Assembly (NCBI RefSeq): GCF_009914755.1 | Contig: NC_060935.1 | DNA length: 64,000 bases | Strand: one strand, 5' to 3' | DNA from: the human T2T-CHM13v2.0 reference genome, Homo sapiens | Shown: positions 13,062-31,887 of the stretch, one piece after another | How positions within the stretch are numbered: position 1 is the first letter of the stretch | Layout of the letters: each line of letters opens with the position of its first letter | Translations under genes and position numbers: made by a program | Notes under the pieces: model-generated | Seen by the model: only the letters and a program-made list of their open reading frames with translations | Told to the model about the DNA's origin: nothing | Databases searched by the model: none

Positions 13062-15681
13062 AAAGAAGATTTGTAGAATTAAAATATTGTCACTATTTAC
13101 ATGATTGTGTTTTTAACAAAAATGACAAAAGCCTTGTTGAACAACGTAAGCCCAGCCTTATGCATTTAATGTTTTTTGTGTTTTGGAACCTAGGTTTCCT
13201 CTTTTGTAAAATGGTTAAAATAATACAAGCTTTGCTTATGCTTTTTTAAAAAAAAAACCCTGACAAATAAAAATTGTATATATTTAGCATGGATGACATA
13301 TTTTGAAATATGTATACACTGTTGAATTCTAAATCAAGCTAATTAACATATGCATTACCTCACATATTTTTGTATTGAGAACACAAAATCAGTCGCAGTG
13401 ATTTTCAGAATACACTGTTATGAGCTATAGTTACCCCATTGCACAAAAAATTTCTTGAAGTTATTCTTCCTGTTTAATTGAAATTTTGTATCCTTTGACA
13501 TTTGTGCCTCTGTAAATTAAACTTTTTGATTCCACACATAAGTGAGATTATGCAGGATTTGTCTGTGTCTGGCTTATTTCAGTTAACATCATTTCCTCCA
13601 GGTTCATCCATGTTGTCACAAATGACAAGATTTCTTTTTTTAAAGTCTGAATAGTATCACACTGAGCATATATACCACATTTTCTTTATCTAGTGATCTG
13701 TTGATGTACAATTAGGTTGATTCTATGTCTTTGCTATTGTGAAGAATGCTGCAGTGAACACGGGAGTTCAGAGATGTCTTCGGCATACTGATTTCATTTC
13801 CTTCGAATATATACCCAGTTGTGGGATTACTAGATCATATAATAGTTCTACTTTTAATTTTTTAAGGAAACTCTATACTGTTTTACATAATGGCTAATTT
13901 ATAAAAAATTTACACAAATGTATGTACATTTACAAAAAAGTTGTGTGAAAAAATATACTAATTTACATTCCCACCAACAGTGTACAACTGTTTCCTTTTT
14001 TCCACATGTTCACTAACACTTGTTATCTTTCTTCTTTTTGATAGTAGCCATTCTAACAGGTATGGGGTGATATCTCATTGTGGTTTTAATTTGCATTTCT
14101 CTGATGATTACTGATATTGAGTATTTTAATATACATATTGGTCATTTGTATGTCTTCTTTGGAAAAATGTCTATTCAGATGTTTTGCCCATTTTTAATCA
14201 TGTTATTAGTCTTCTTGCTATTTGGTTGAATTTATTATATATTTTAGATATTAGCCCCTTACCAGATGTATGATTTGCAAATACTTTCTCCTATTCTGTA
14301 GGTTGTATCTTCATTCTATAGACAGTTCCCTTTGCTGTGTAACTTTTCAGTTTAATGTAATTCCATTTGTCGATTATCACTTTTGTTGCTAGTGCTTTTG
14401 GTGTTGTATCCAAAAATCAGTGCTTACACCAATGTCATGAAGCTTTTACATTTTTTCCAGTAGTTTTACAGCTGTTGATCTTACATTTGTATTTTTAATT
14501 AATTTGAGTATACTTTTATATGTGGTGTGAGATAAGGATCTAATATTATCCTTCTGTGTGTCAATACTCAGGTTTCTCAACACCACTTTTAAAAGAGAAT
14601 GCCCTTTCCTCATTGTATATTCTTCACATCTTTGTCAGAAATCAGTGACAGTAAATGAATGGGTTTATTTCTGGGCTCTCGTGTATATTCCATTGGTCTA
14701 TGTGTCTAAAGATGTAAGTAATTTATGCACCACAATTGTAATATTAGAGCACTCTGGATTTGACTGTGCATTTACTTTTACCGGTAAGTTTTATACTTTA
14801 AGATGTATTTATGTGACTCATTAGTATTCTGTTCTTTCAGCTTAAAGACCTCCCTTCAGCATTCCTTAAAAGGCAGGTCTAGTGATAATGAACTCTCTCA
14901 ATTTTGTTGGAGAAAGACCCTATCTCTGATTTCTGAAGAACAGATTTTCTGGGTAAAGTATTACTAGTTGGCAGATTTTTTTTTCCTCACCACTTTGAAT
15001 ATATTATCCCAATTTCTTCTAGCTTGTAAGATTTCTGCTGATAAATCTACTGCCACCATTATATAAATTCCCACATATGTGATTTGCTTTTTTTCTTCTT
15101 GCTGCTTTCAGAATCCTATCTTTATCTTTGTTTTTTGTTTTTTTTTTGACCATTTGATTATATGTCTTGGTGTAGTTTTCTTTAGAATGAATCAATAGGG
15201 GGGGTTTGACCTTCCTCTAGCTGGCTATGTATATCTTTTCCTGGATTTGAAAACTTTTCTGCTCTTTTTAAAATAAGCTTTCTACTCCCTCTGAATCTCT
15301 CTTACCTTTCTTGAACTTTTGTAACTCTAACATTTCGTCTTTTGATGCTATCTCATAAATTTCATTAGCTTTTCCATTATTTCTTTTTGTAATTTTTTTC
15401 TCCTCTCACTGTATATTTTCAAATAATCTGTCTGAATTCACAAATTTTTTTTCTGCTTGATCAATTCCCTGTTGATGTTATCTATTGAATTTTTTATTTT
15501 ATTCATTGTATTTTTCAGCTCCAGAGTTTGATTTTTTAAAAATAGTTTTAATCTGTTAAATTTTGAATTTTGGTCATTCATTGTTTTTTTGATTTCATGG
15601 AATTATTTCCCTATATTTTCTTGAAGTTTGCTGAACTTCCTTAAAACAAGTATTTTGAATTCTTTTTTGTGTGTACGTCTA

Positions 15682-16381
15682 CAGCAGTCTTCCCTTATTC
15701 ATAGGGGATATATTCCAAGATATCGAGTGAATATTTGAAACCATGGATAGTATCAAACCCTATATACACCGTTTTTTCCTATACATACATAACTCTGATA
15801 AAGTTAAATTTATAAATTTGGCAAAGTTAAAAAAAACAACGAAAAATAATAATAATGGAATAGAATAATTATAACAACATACTGTTTACAATTTCACAGA
15901 ATATTTGTTCATACCACAGACCTTAATACCCTCAGCATATGATTTTTTTTCTTTCTTTACTAAGTCAAGAACTTCAACCTTTTCACTTAAAGAAAGCACT
16001 TTACAGCTTCTCTTTGGCATATCCAAATTGCTAGCATGACTACTCTTGTACTTTGAAGCCATTATTAAGGAAAATAAAGATTACCTGAACATAAGCACTG
16101 CAGTACCATGACAATCAATCTGATATTTGAGACAACTGCTAAGTGACTAATGGGCAGGTAGTGTATACAGCACAGATACACTGGACAAAAGGATGATTCA
16201 TGTACTGGGAAGGTAGGAGTAAAATACCAAAAGATTTCATTACCTTACTCAGAATGGCACACAATTTAAAACTGAGGAATTGTTTATTTCTGAAATGTTA
16301 CAATTAATACTTTCAAACCAAAGTTGACTGTGAGTAACTGAAACTGTAAATAATGAAACTGTAAATAAGAAGGGACTACTG
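15682..16381 (-). mobile_element. MER44 (Tigger7-derived) DNA transposon
   Basis: TIRs cagcagtcttccc / gggactactg flanked by TA on both sides. Confidence 0.9.
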
Positions 16382-16392
16382 TATTTCTTTAA

Positions 16393-16830
<438 letters not shown>

Positions 16831-17776
16831 TTACTCCATTCTTTACAGACTGGCCTTGTCTGAGAAATCCCTCATCGGTCAGCCTGTCCAGAAATTCTGG
16901 ATAGGCCATCTGGTATAGATCATCAGAGAGCTTGCTGCTAGATTCCTTGGGCAGACGGGGCTGTTGCCTGAGTCAGCAGGTAGGTGGGCCTGGAACTTGT
17001 GTCCAGAGGGTTGCATTTGAAGCCTGGATCCATTAGGGTAAACCTATTAATTAGGTCCACAAGGGTGTGAATAGAGCCCGGATGAGTGAGGGCAACCCTG
17101 TAGCCTTTATCTGGAGGGACTGTTCTGAGGTCTCAACACCTAGTGGGACCTAGGTGCTGGGGTGGAGCTATGGTCTGAGTCTGTGTGGGTAGGCTTTGGT
17201 ACCAGGTCTGTAGGAGTAAACTTGGAACCTTGGTCATGAGAGCTGGCCTCACACCAGGGACTACTGGGATAAGCCCAAACACTCAGTCTGCTGGAGCAGG
17301 CCTGGAACGTGAAACCACAGGGGCTGGCCTGGAGAGTGGGGCCACATGGATTGGTCTGATACTGGGAAGAAGTGAAGCCTGTGACCATGGGTGCTGGCTT
17401 CCTGCCTGAACCCAGGGGTGCTGACCTAGTGCTGGGGTGGGCCAAAAGTCTGGGGCTATATGGGTACCAGGGCAGGCCTGGAGGCTTAGTCCGTGAGTAC
17501 CAGCCTGCAGTCTCAGGCCTTGGGGACCTGCCCAGTGCTGGATTTTACTGGCGCAGTCTTGGTACTGTGAACAAAGGCAAAGTCTGGTATTCACTTCCCT
17601 CTCCTTCCCTCAAGCAGAGGGTATCTGTATCCATGCTGTGCAGCCTAGGATTGGGTGAGGGTTGAGGTGGGTAATGTATTGCTACCATCAGCTACTAGGA
17701 TTTCTCACATGGCTTTCATAACTCTTCTGTAGGTACTTTTGTGTGTGAATAGTTGTTCAAATTGATGTTTCTGTAG

Positions 17777-18087
<311 letters not shown>

Positions 18088-19123
18088 TCCACTATGTTTT
18101 AAAATGATTAATCTGCATGAAACATGAGAAGATATTTTGGATGTGGAACGTGCTGTTCAAATATTCAAAAAATGGCATTATCATTGGTGTATTTATATTT
18201 GAACAGCATTAGCTATTACCTTGTAACCATCACACTATTATTTCACTAATCTGGGTATTTTATTATAAACAATTTTTAAATTATTACATAAAATGGTTCA
18301 TTCTAATGAGGAAAATTGTTCAATTTTGGAACTTAAACATAACTAAAGAGAAATATTTATGTTTTTTAATTTATCTAAATATCAAAGACAAGGAAGAAAA
18401 GTCTAGGAAAGACGGGTAATATCTTGGAAATATTCTATAGTACCTTAAGTTTCTTGGAGCTTGCTGTCTTCCACTTTCTGCATTATTCAAAATCCTTGCA
18501 CAGGCAGATTCTTCAGAATTAAGGCAGCTGGAACCTCGAGCTTTACAAATTACATTTAAAATTTTCAAATTCACGCTAATAAGGAGGAGTGGAACAGATA
18601 GAGGAATTAAAAAGAACTTGGATCTTTAATCTGCAGAGATGTCAGCATTGAATGGATTCTCATTGGTTTGGATATTTCCTGAGCACCAGCCACATGTTAA
18701 CAGGTCATGCTTCCACAAATCATTTCTTTTAATGCTCACGAAACTATTCAGAACAACATTATGATCCTAGTTTTCAGATACTAATGAAAATATTGATGTT
18801 CACTAGCAAGTAGTGAAGTTCACAGAACTGAAACAATCAGTCTTTGCCCTTGGTCATTAGATGGCATAGAATTTAAATTGGGAACTGCAGGCAAGACTCA
18901 TTTCTGACTGCACATCTAAGTCTGTCATCATTAGCATCACTAATGGAACAGTTTTCAACAATGAACAAGCAAATGTAGAATCTAGTAACTATTGTAGCAT
19001 TTCAGAGTCTAATACTTTAAAAAAGTTTAAATAAGTCTCCCTGGATTCTTATTAATTTATGAAATTTGAGTTAGAAAGTATACATTATATTTTACAAATG
19101 CACTGTGAAGTGACAGTCAGTAA

Positions 19124-19630
<507 letters not shown>

Positions 19631-19649
19631 AGAAGGGCAAAGCGGCAAA

Positions 19650-19789
19650 GGGGACTAAATGTGTCCTTTCCTAGTCCATGAGGGTAGTGCCCTCATGTCT
19701 CTTTCACCTTACCAAAGCTCTCACCTACAAAAACCACCAAAAAGGCAAACAAATGTCAACATAGTTTTGGAGGGAAGAAACACATAACC
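19650..19789 (-). mobile_element. MST/MLT1A-type LTR 5' fragment
   Basis: ccatgaggg...gccctcatg...tcaacatagttttggaggg. Confidence 0.55.
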
Positions 19790-22134
19790 AGTCTAAATGC
19801 TTGTGTTCCTCCAGAATTCATCTGTTGAAATCTAATCCCTGATGTGTTGATATGAAGAGGTGAGGCCTTTGGAAGGCGCCTAGGTCCTTAGGGCAGAGTC
19901 CTCATGAATGAAATCAGTGCCTGTAGAAAAGAGGACTGAAGGAGCTTGTTTTCTTCTTTTTACCCTTCCACCATAGAAGGACACAGCTATAAGGTGACAC
20001 CTATGAGGCACAGAGCTAGCCCTCATCAGACATCAAACTGCTGACACCTGGATAATGGGCTTTCCAGACTCCAAAACAGTGAGCGATAAATTTTTTTTTT
20101 ATTTATAAATTACCTAGTCTAAGGTGTTTTATTATAGCAACTCAGATGGACTAAAACAGAAATTGGTACTTAGAACCAGGGTGCTGGTATAATAAACTAA
20201 AAATGTAGAAGCAGCTTTGAAACTGGATAATGGGTAAAGGCTCAAATAATTTGGAGGTATATGCTAGAAAAACCTACATTGCTGTGAATAAAATATTAAA
20301 GGCAATTTTGGTGAGAGCTTAGAAGAGGAGAGCCATAGAGAAAGTTTCAGTCTTCTTAGGGATTACTTAAGAGGGTATGAACAGAATGTTGGTAGAAATG
20401 CACATGGTAAAGGTCATTCTGATGCCATCTCAGATGGAAATGGGAAACATGTGGAGGAAAGGTGAGCCTTGTTATAAAGTGGCAAATAACTTGGCTGAAT
20501 TGTATCCATGTCCTAGTGCTTTGTGAAGGTAGAAATTTTGAATGGTGAAATACTATATTTGCTGGAAGATATATACAAGCAAAGTGTCGAGGCTATGGCA
20601 TGGCTTCTCTTGTCTGCTTACAATAAAATGCAAGAAGAGAGAAATGAACTAAAAATAGAATTTATAATTGAAAGGAAAGCAGAGCTTAACGATTTGAAAA
20701 ATTCTCATTCTGTGAAGAAGGAGAAAACAGGTTCAGGGGAGAACATCGAGGGTGTGGCCAAACAATCATTTGATAAAGAGATTAGTATGGATAGAAGAAA
20801 GCCAGAGGGTATTTATCAGGACAGTGGGAGAATGACTGCAGATTATTTCAGAGATCTTCATGACTGCCCTGTCTGTCAATGGCCCGGAATACCAGGGCCT
20901 TGGGGTAGAACAATCTCAACTCTCTGCTCTCTGAAATCCATGGCTGCACTCTTTGTCTGCCCCAACTGTGGCTGAAGTGGGCTCAGGTGCAACTCAGACC
21001 AATGCTCTGGAGGACATAGGTTGTAAATCTTGGCAGTGTCTGTGGAGCTCACTATGCAAGTACATATAGTTCCGGGGTGGTCACTGCCTTCACCTAGATT
21101 TCAAAGGATGGAGCTGCCTGAAGCCTCATGCAAATGGCCCACGAAGAGAACTGACAGAAAGGTAGAATCACACAGAGGTCCCAATAGGTCAGTTCCCAGT
21201 GGAACCATAGGGGCAGGGCTGCCCCTGAGACCCCAGGCCAGCAGAGCCACTAGACAGTGATTCTATTATGGGAGAGCCATGGGCACATAACTCCAACCTA
21301 TGAGAACTGCCATGTGGGCTGCACTCAGCAATGGGACTACCCACAGCCCTGGATGCCCAGGGACCACTCCAATGTGCCTGGAAAGTAGAATATATTAAAC
21401 CAAAAAAGATCATTCTTAAGCTTTCAGATTTAATGTTGTATGCACTGTTGGGTTTTGGACTTACTGTTGCTGCTTTCCTCCTTCCTATTGCTCCCTTTTG
21501 GAATGAAAATGTCTATCCTATGCCTGTCCTACTATTATCGTTTGGAAGCATATAACTTGTTTGATTTCATAGGCTCACAGCTGGAAAGAAATTTGCTTCC
21601 AGATAAACCATACCTTGAGTCTTACCCGTATCTGACTTAGATGACATTTAGATGAGACTTTGAACTTAGACTAAAGTCGATGCTGAAATGTGTTAAGGCT
21701 GGGGATTATTAGGATGGAATGAATGTATTTTGCATGTAAAAAGAGCATAAATTTGGAGGCCACGGGTAGAAGGCTATGATCTAAATGTAAGTGTTCCTCC
21801 AAAATCCATATGTTGAAATCTAATCTCCTATTAATAGGTGAAGCCTTTGGAAGATGACTAGGTCATGAGGGCAGAGCCTTTGTGAATGAGATTAGTGCCC
21901 TTATAAAGAGGCCTTAGGGAACCAGTTTGACACTTTTTGTCCTTTCTTCATAGAAGAACACAGCTAGAAGACACCATCCATGAGGCAGAGAGCTAACCCT
22001 CATCAGACATCAAAACTGATGGCACCTTAATTGTGCCCTTCTCACTCTCTAGAATTGTGAGCAATAAATTTCTGTTGCTTAGAAATTGCCCAGTCTGAAG
22101 CATTTTGTTATGGCCGCCTGAATGGACTAAGTCA
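19790..22134 (+). mobile_element. Complete MLT1A-type MaLR element: LTR 19790-20158, internal 20159-21771, LTR 21772-22134
   Basis: Two direct LTRs share gttcctcca...gttgaaatctaatc...ccctcatcagacatcaaa...tggactaa; internal region starts gaaattggtac and ends in a purine-rich tract. Confidence 0.92.
20523..20975 (+). pseudogene. Remnant of the MaLR internal ORF (150 codons, GTG start)
   Basis: YLLEDIYKQSVEAMAWLLLSAY...ERNELKIEF resembles the MST-int translation at 38939-39277 (YLVEEMSKQQSIQFLTWLLL). Confidence 0.6.
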
Positions 22135-25100
22135 GGGAGGTAAGACTAATATGCCAAAAGAGTGACTACAAACTCATATGAATTTAATAAAAGTATGTAA
22201 TACAGCCACCGCTTAATATCATATTAAGAAGGTGAGAAGCGTCCAGAGAAGGGAGGTACAACTCTGTGGGATGTAGTTATCAGACAACGCTTTATGAAAG
22301 AGGAAAACAAATAGAATTGGAAATTTAAAAATGTGGAGTTATAGCCTATGGCTGCCACTTAGCTGCCAAGTAAACTTGAATAAGCTAAATCTTCTTCTTG
22401 CTCCTCAGATCCCTCACAGAATACAGAGATTATCTAGTGAGGGTAGTGAGGATGATGACGGTATGAAGACCATAAATGACAATAGTATCATTTCATGATA
22501 TTTTCAGATGTTATAAGGTTATAAAAGGTTTTGGAGGGAGGTCTGACTTAAAGACTGTGCTTCAGTGTACTAAAATTATTTTCACTTCCTCTGTACCATA
22601 ATCACTTCCACTTATTTTGCAGTTATTCCTGTCATGAACTGTTGAAAGGACTTCTCACATTATCTCAAACAATCCTCAAAACTTCCATGAAGTAGATAGG
22701 TCATCCTAATTTTATACATGAATTGTTCATAAAAGAAAGAAATTTAAAAATGGGCAATGCAAAAATGGTTTCATATGTATAATAATGTTATCATGTAAAG
22801 TTATCCGTGATATATGTATATCATGTTAGACATGATACATGTAATGTAATTGCTGCTACTGCCTATGACTAGTTCCTTTGTCTGCAGAAGTCAGCATCTT
22901 ACCTAGCCTAGAATACACTTTCAATATGCATCTTTATATAGAAAAGACAAATGCATGGATAAATAAAAATGTATATATATTATTGAACCTGAGTTTTTAG
23001 GGTGGAAAAAAATACATACTTAACAGAGTGTGGAATAGCAAGTTAAGGACCTGCAAGAAGAGTGCGCTAAAAAGTCAGTTAGTTAATTCTTGCAAAGCAC
23101 TGTGAACAATACCTGAGAAGTACTGAGCCTCTAGTACAGACAAACCATTCTGAGCAGTCTGTGCTTTAGCAAGCTGTATTTGAAAAAAGGTTAAGGTAAA
23201 GGGAATAGAGATGCCACTAAGAACATTTGCATAGAATTTTATTGGGTTTAAAACAATTTTGTATGTGTTAATTCATATAATACTTATTCCATCCTTTGAG
23301 ACAAAGAGATGTTCTCTGTTTAAATGAGAACCATGGAGGTTAAAAAGCTCTTATTCTCATAGCAGTGAAAGAGGGCTACAGCCACACTTGCAGTGCTGTG
23401 ATCTTTCCTCTACATTCTCCCATCCCCTGACCTTTAAGTTACTTGGCCACAGTGTATTTGCTTCATATTCTTCTTTCTTATCTCTGAGTATCCTGAGGGG
23501 CTTCGTCAATTGCATGTTAAATTCTAGCTTCCCTCGTCTGTCATTCCCTATTCCACCACACAGGGAACCCTATCCAACAGCAACAAGCACAAAACACTGA
23601 TCCTTTTGACCTTTCCTCCTCTGCTAGAGTGAAAGGATTAGAAAGCAAAGGAATGGAGGAATTCAGAGGTGACCCTTAGGTAATACGGAACAGGGAGAAG
23701 GGAGAAAACAAAGATATGATTGTATGGAAATCTTTTACAGATTTATTCATTTGGGTAAGCGTTGTTTCTATTTTTTTCTGGTGGATAAATTGATCTGAAT
23801 GTTCATAAAAACTTTTTGAGAATTTTTTTTCTTTTATCAAAGGATTTTTCCCACTATTGTTTTGTTAATGATAACGATGATGATAATGATAATACGATTT
23901 CGTATTTATGGTATCTTAGATCTCATTTGATCTTTGTAACAACATAAAAAAATAAAAAGTAAACAAGGTTCAGAGTGAAGAAATAACTTCTGTAAGGTCA
24001 TAGAGCTTAAAAGAGAAAGCACAACTGGATCCTGAAGCCCCATACTCTTTTCATTGTCATATTCTATGTTTAGGATGCAGGAACTCTGCCATTATAACGA
24101 CCTTGGAAACAATTAACCCATCTTGAGTTAGAAACAATTTATATAAATATACAAGGATGCCACAAAGCAAGCCCTTCCATTTCATATTCATTTGAACAGG
24201 TACACAACCATGGGACTTCATACAATGGAACAACAAAATTTTTTTTTTTACCATGAATGAATTTGACATCAATTTCAAAGAAACAAAATCTAAGGAGAAA
24301 AAAAATCAGGTTAGCCTGACAGTTTGCTGGGTGAGAAGTGGAACCACAACCACATGTCTGCAGACTGCTTTTTTGTCAGAAGACACTGTTTGGTTTGCAG
24401 CATTTCTTCAAGCTTGCTTTCAATAGTGAACTGATCATGACTACTACTTGGAAATTGCGTTTTATTTTCAAGCACATTTTGCCTTAAAGACATACTCAAG
24501 TTCCCCAAAACTGTCTTGTTAATAAAAGACTTCCCTGCTTCATCTTCAGGGAGGCAGAGCAATGTCATGAAATGGCCTTTGGAGTTGGAGAGAACTGGTT
24601 TCAAATTCTGGCTCTGATACTTTCTACCTTTGTTACCTTGGGCAAACTGCAGAAAATGAAAATAATAATGCTGGCTCTGTAGAGTTTTATAAGGCTAAAT
24701 GAAAACTTTTCTCCCAATGCTTGAAATTATATTAAAATTCAATGAATAATACTTATTTTTAAGCTTTAAATATTTATAAAGTAAAATGTGAGTGAGTACC
24801 CTACCTCAAAAATGGTGCTCAATAAATATCTGTAGAATTATAGAAATTGCAGCTGTTGTCTTAAATTATATAAGTCAAATGCAAATTTTGACTATCTGTA
24901 TCAAGAAATGATGTTGGACTGAATAACTGAGATTGGCAGGGTCCAGCCTGAGATGGAAGAGTAATGGCTTACTCTTTTATCTTTGCTATTAAGTGCTGTA
25001 GCTAGCTGATATTCACACATTTGTGATCCCAGAGAAAGCTCTCAGCATTTGTTCTGCCATCTGGAAGATGGGGGATAAGATAACAACATAGCCTTTCCAC

Positions 25101-25895
25101 CATATAGGATTTTGATGAGGATTAACTCAGATATGGTATTTGAAAATGTATGTAAACTCTAAAGTGCCATACCAATATAAAGAAGCATCATCATTACTGT
25201 CACGTCTTGTCCTGATTGTTGATGAGGTTTGTGCACCATAGATCAGCTGTTTCTTCAGGAATGCAGATTTCACAACAATATTTTTACAGCTTAAAATAAA
25301 GCATAGCATCAAACTGGAATGCTTAAGATCAGCATGGAAAGACCATCTAAGGGATTTTGTTGTTATCTGTGTTTTGTTTTTTTTCCCCATGAAAAGTGCA
25401 TTTGTTAACTCCAAGTGTGCATTATTTTCTTTGTTCTAATTCAGAAATGACATAGTAAGAAAAAAATCCTGCTCTCAGTATATTTCCAACTTGTTCAAAC
25501 ATAAACAAATTTTGGTCCAACTTGTTCTTATGAGATTTTAGCACTGTTTCTTGGTTGAAAGAGGGGAATAAATACTGGGGGTCTTGTTTTCAAATTTGTC
25601 ATTTTATTTATAGGTTGGAATTTGCCTTTAAACTTTTCATATTACTGAATTGAAGGAAAATATCCTGGACAAGAGTCCCCATCATTACTCATATTTCCAA
25701 TGAGGCACAGCATAGCAGGGCAGGAGAGAACAGAAGATGGCCACCTAGGCTGAGGAGGCAAGACAGCCAGGGAAGGTTTCCTGAAGGAAGGTGTACACTT
25801 ACATGTCACTAAATTTAAAAACATGTAAAGTTTTTCAAAATCACTAGCCAGGTGTATTTCAGAAAATGCTATTCTAGAAAAGAATTCTATCAGTC

Positions 25896-26125
25896 AGAGA
25901 GGTGAATGTGACAAGGGAGGCAAGTCAGGGAGACGGCAGTGTGACCTGCAATGGCCAGCTTTGAAGGAAGAAGTCATGAGCCAAGAAGTGCAGGCAGTCC
26001 CTAGAAGCTGAGAAAAGCACAGAAAATCCTTCCATGGAGTTTCCAGAAAGGAATGCAGTCCTGCTGACACCTTGTCTTTAGTCCAGTGAGACCTATCTCG
26101 AATCTGACCTACAAAACCATAAGAT
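25896..26125 (+). mobile_element. MLT1D-like LTR, 3' end missing at the L1 junction
   Basis: gctttgaagg...catgagccaag...ctagaagctg...ccagaaaggaatgcagtcctgctgacaccttg. Confidence 0.85.
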
Positions 26126-27476
26126 GGCCAAATAGGAACAGCTCTGGTCTGCAGCATCCAGCGAGATAAATGCAGAAGGCAGGTGATTTCTGCATTTCCA
26201 ACTGACGTACATAGCTCATCTCACTGAGACTGGTCAGACAGTGGGTGCAGCCCATGGAGGATGAGCCAAAGCAGGGTGGGGCATCGCTTCACCCAGGAAA
26301 TGAAAGAGGTAGGGTTACTCCCTCCCTTAGACAAGGGAAGCTGTGAGGGACTGTGCCTTGAGGAACGGTGCACTCCAGCCCAGATACTATGCTTTTCCCA
26401 CAATCTTCACAACCCACAGACCAGAAGATTCCCTTGGGTGCCTATGCCACCAGGGCCCTGGGTTTCAGGCACAAAACTGGGCAGCCATTTGGGCAGACAG
26501 CAAGCTAGCTGCAGGAGTTTTTGTTTGTTTGTTTTTGTTTTTGTTTTTCATACCCCAGTGGTGCCTGGAACACCAGCAAGACAGAACCATTCATTTCCCT
26601 GGAAAGGAGGCTGAAGCCAGGGAGCAAAGTGGTCAAGCTCAGCAGATCCCACCCCCACAAAGACCAGCAAGCTACTATCCACTGGCTTGAAATTCTCTCT
26701 GCCAGCGTAGCAGTCTCAAGTCGGCCTAGGACGCTCCAGATTGGTAGGGGTAGGGGCGTCCACCATTACTGAGGCTTGAGTAGGCAGTTTTCCCCTCACA
26801 GTGTAAACAAAGCCGCAGGGGAAGTTCCAACTGGGCGGGGCCCTCCACAGCTCAGCAAAGCCAATGTAGCCAGACTGCCTCTCTCGATTCCTCCTCTCTG
26901 GGCAGGGCATCTCTGGAAAAAAGGTGGCAGCCCCAGTCAGGGGATTATAGATAAAACACTCATCTCCCTGGGACAGAGCACCTAGGGGAAGGGGCAGCTG
27001 TGGGTGCAGCTTCAGCGGACTTAAGCATTCCTGCCTGCTGGCTCTGAAGAGAGCAGCGGTTCTCCCAGCACAGCACTCAAACTCTGCTAAGGGACAGACT
27101 CCCTCCTCAAGTGGGTCCCTGACCCCCGTGCTTCCTGAAAGGAGAGACACCTCCCAGCAGGGGTTGACAGACACCTCATACAGGAGAGCTCTGGCTGGTA
27201 TCTGGTGGGTGCTCCTCTGGGACAAAGCATCCAGAGGAAGGAACAGGCAACAATCTTTGCTGTTCTGCAGCCTCTGCTGGCGACACCCAGGAAGACAGGG
27301 TCTGGAGTGGACCTCCAGCAAACTCTGATGGATCTGCAGCAGAGTTGCCTTACTCTTAGGAGGAAAACTAACTAACAGAAAGGAGGAACATCAACATTAA
27401 CAAAAAAGATGTCCATGCAGAAACCCCATCCGAAGGTTACCAACATCAAAGTTCAAAGGTAGGTAAACCCACAAAG

Positions 27477-28022
27477 ATGGGGAGAAACCAGCACAAAAAG
27501 GCTGAAAATTCCAAAAGGCAGAATGCCTCTTCTTTTCCAAAGGATTACAACTCCTCACCAGCAAGGGAACAAAACTGGATGGAGAATGAGTTTGATGAAT
27601 TGACAGAAATAGGCTTCAGAAGGTGGGTAACAATGAACTCCTCTGAGCTAAAGGAGCCTGTTCTAACCCAATGCAAGGAAGCTAAGAACCTTGAAAAAAG
27701 GTTAGAGGAATTGCTAACTAGAGTTACCCACAAAGGGAAGCCCATCAGACTAACAGCGGATCTCTCTGCAGAAACCCTACAAGCCAAAACAGAGTGGGGG
27801 CCACTATTCAATATTCTTAAAGACAAGAATTTTCAACCCAGAATTGAATATCCAGCCAAACTAAACTTCATAAGTGAAGGAGAAATAAAATCCTTTACAG
27901 ACAAGTAAATGCTGAGAGATTTTGTCACTACCAGACCTGCCTTACAAGAGCTCCTGAAGAAAGCACTAAACATGGAAAGGAACAACTAGTACCAGCCAGT
28001 GCGAAAATACACCAAATTATAA
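27477..28022 (+). pseudogene. L1 ORF1p remnant with a large in-frame internal deletion and premature stops
   Basis: MGRNQHKKAENSK...LEELLTR fused to VTHKGKPIRLTADLSAETLQ...; TAA at 27906-27908 then MLRDFVTTRPALQELL. Confidence 0.92.
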
Positions 28023-28085
28023 AAACCATTGACACTATGAAGAAACTACATCAACTAATGGTCAAAATAACCAGCTAGCAACATG

Positions 28086-31887
<3,802 letters not shown>

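Noticed and set aside
16900-17670. GC-rich region with several 75-100 aa ORFs
   Set aside because: 5'UTR of the old L1 element; no coding signature.
22808-22837. Two overlapping short palindromes (tgatata-tg-tatatca; tatcatgt-tag-acatgata)
   Set aside because: Short and AT-rich; expected in low-complexity DNA.
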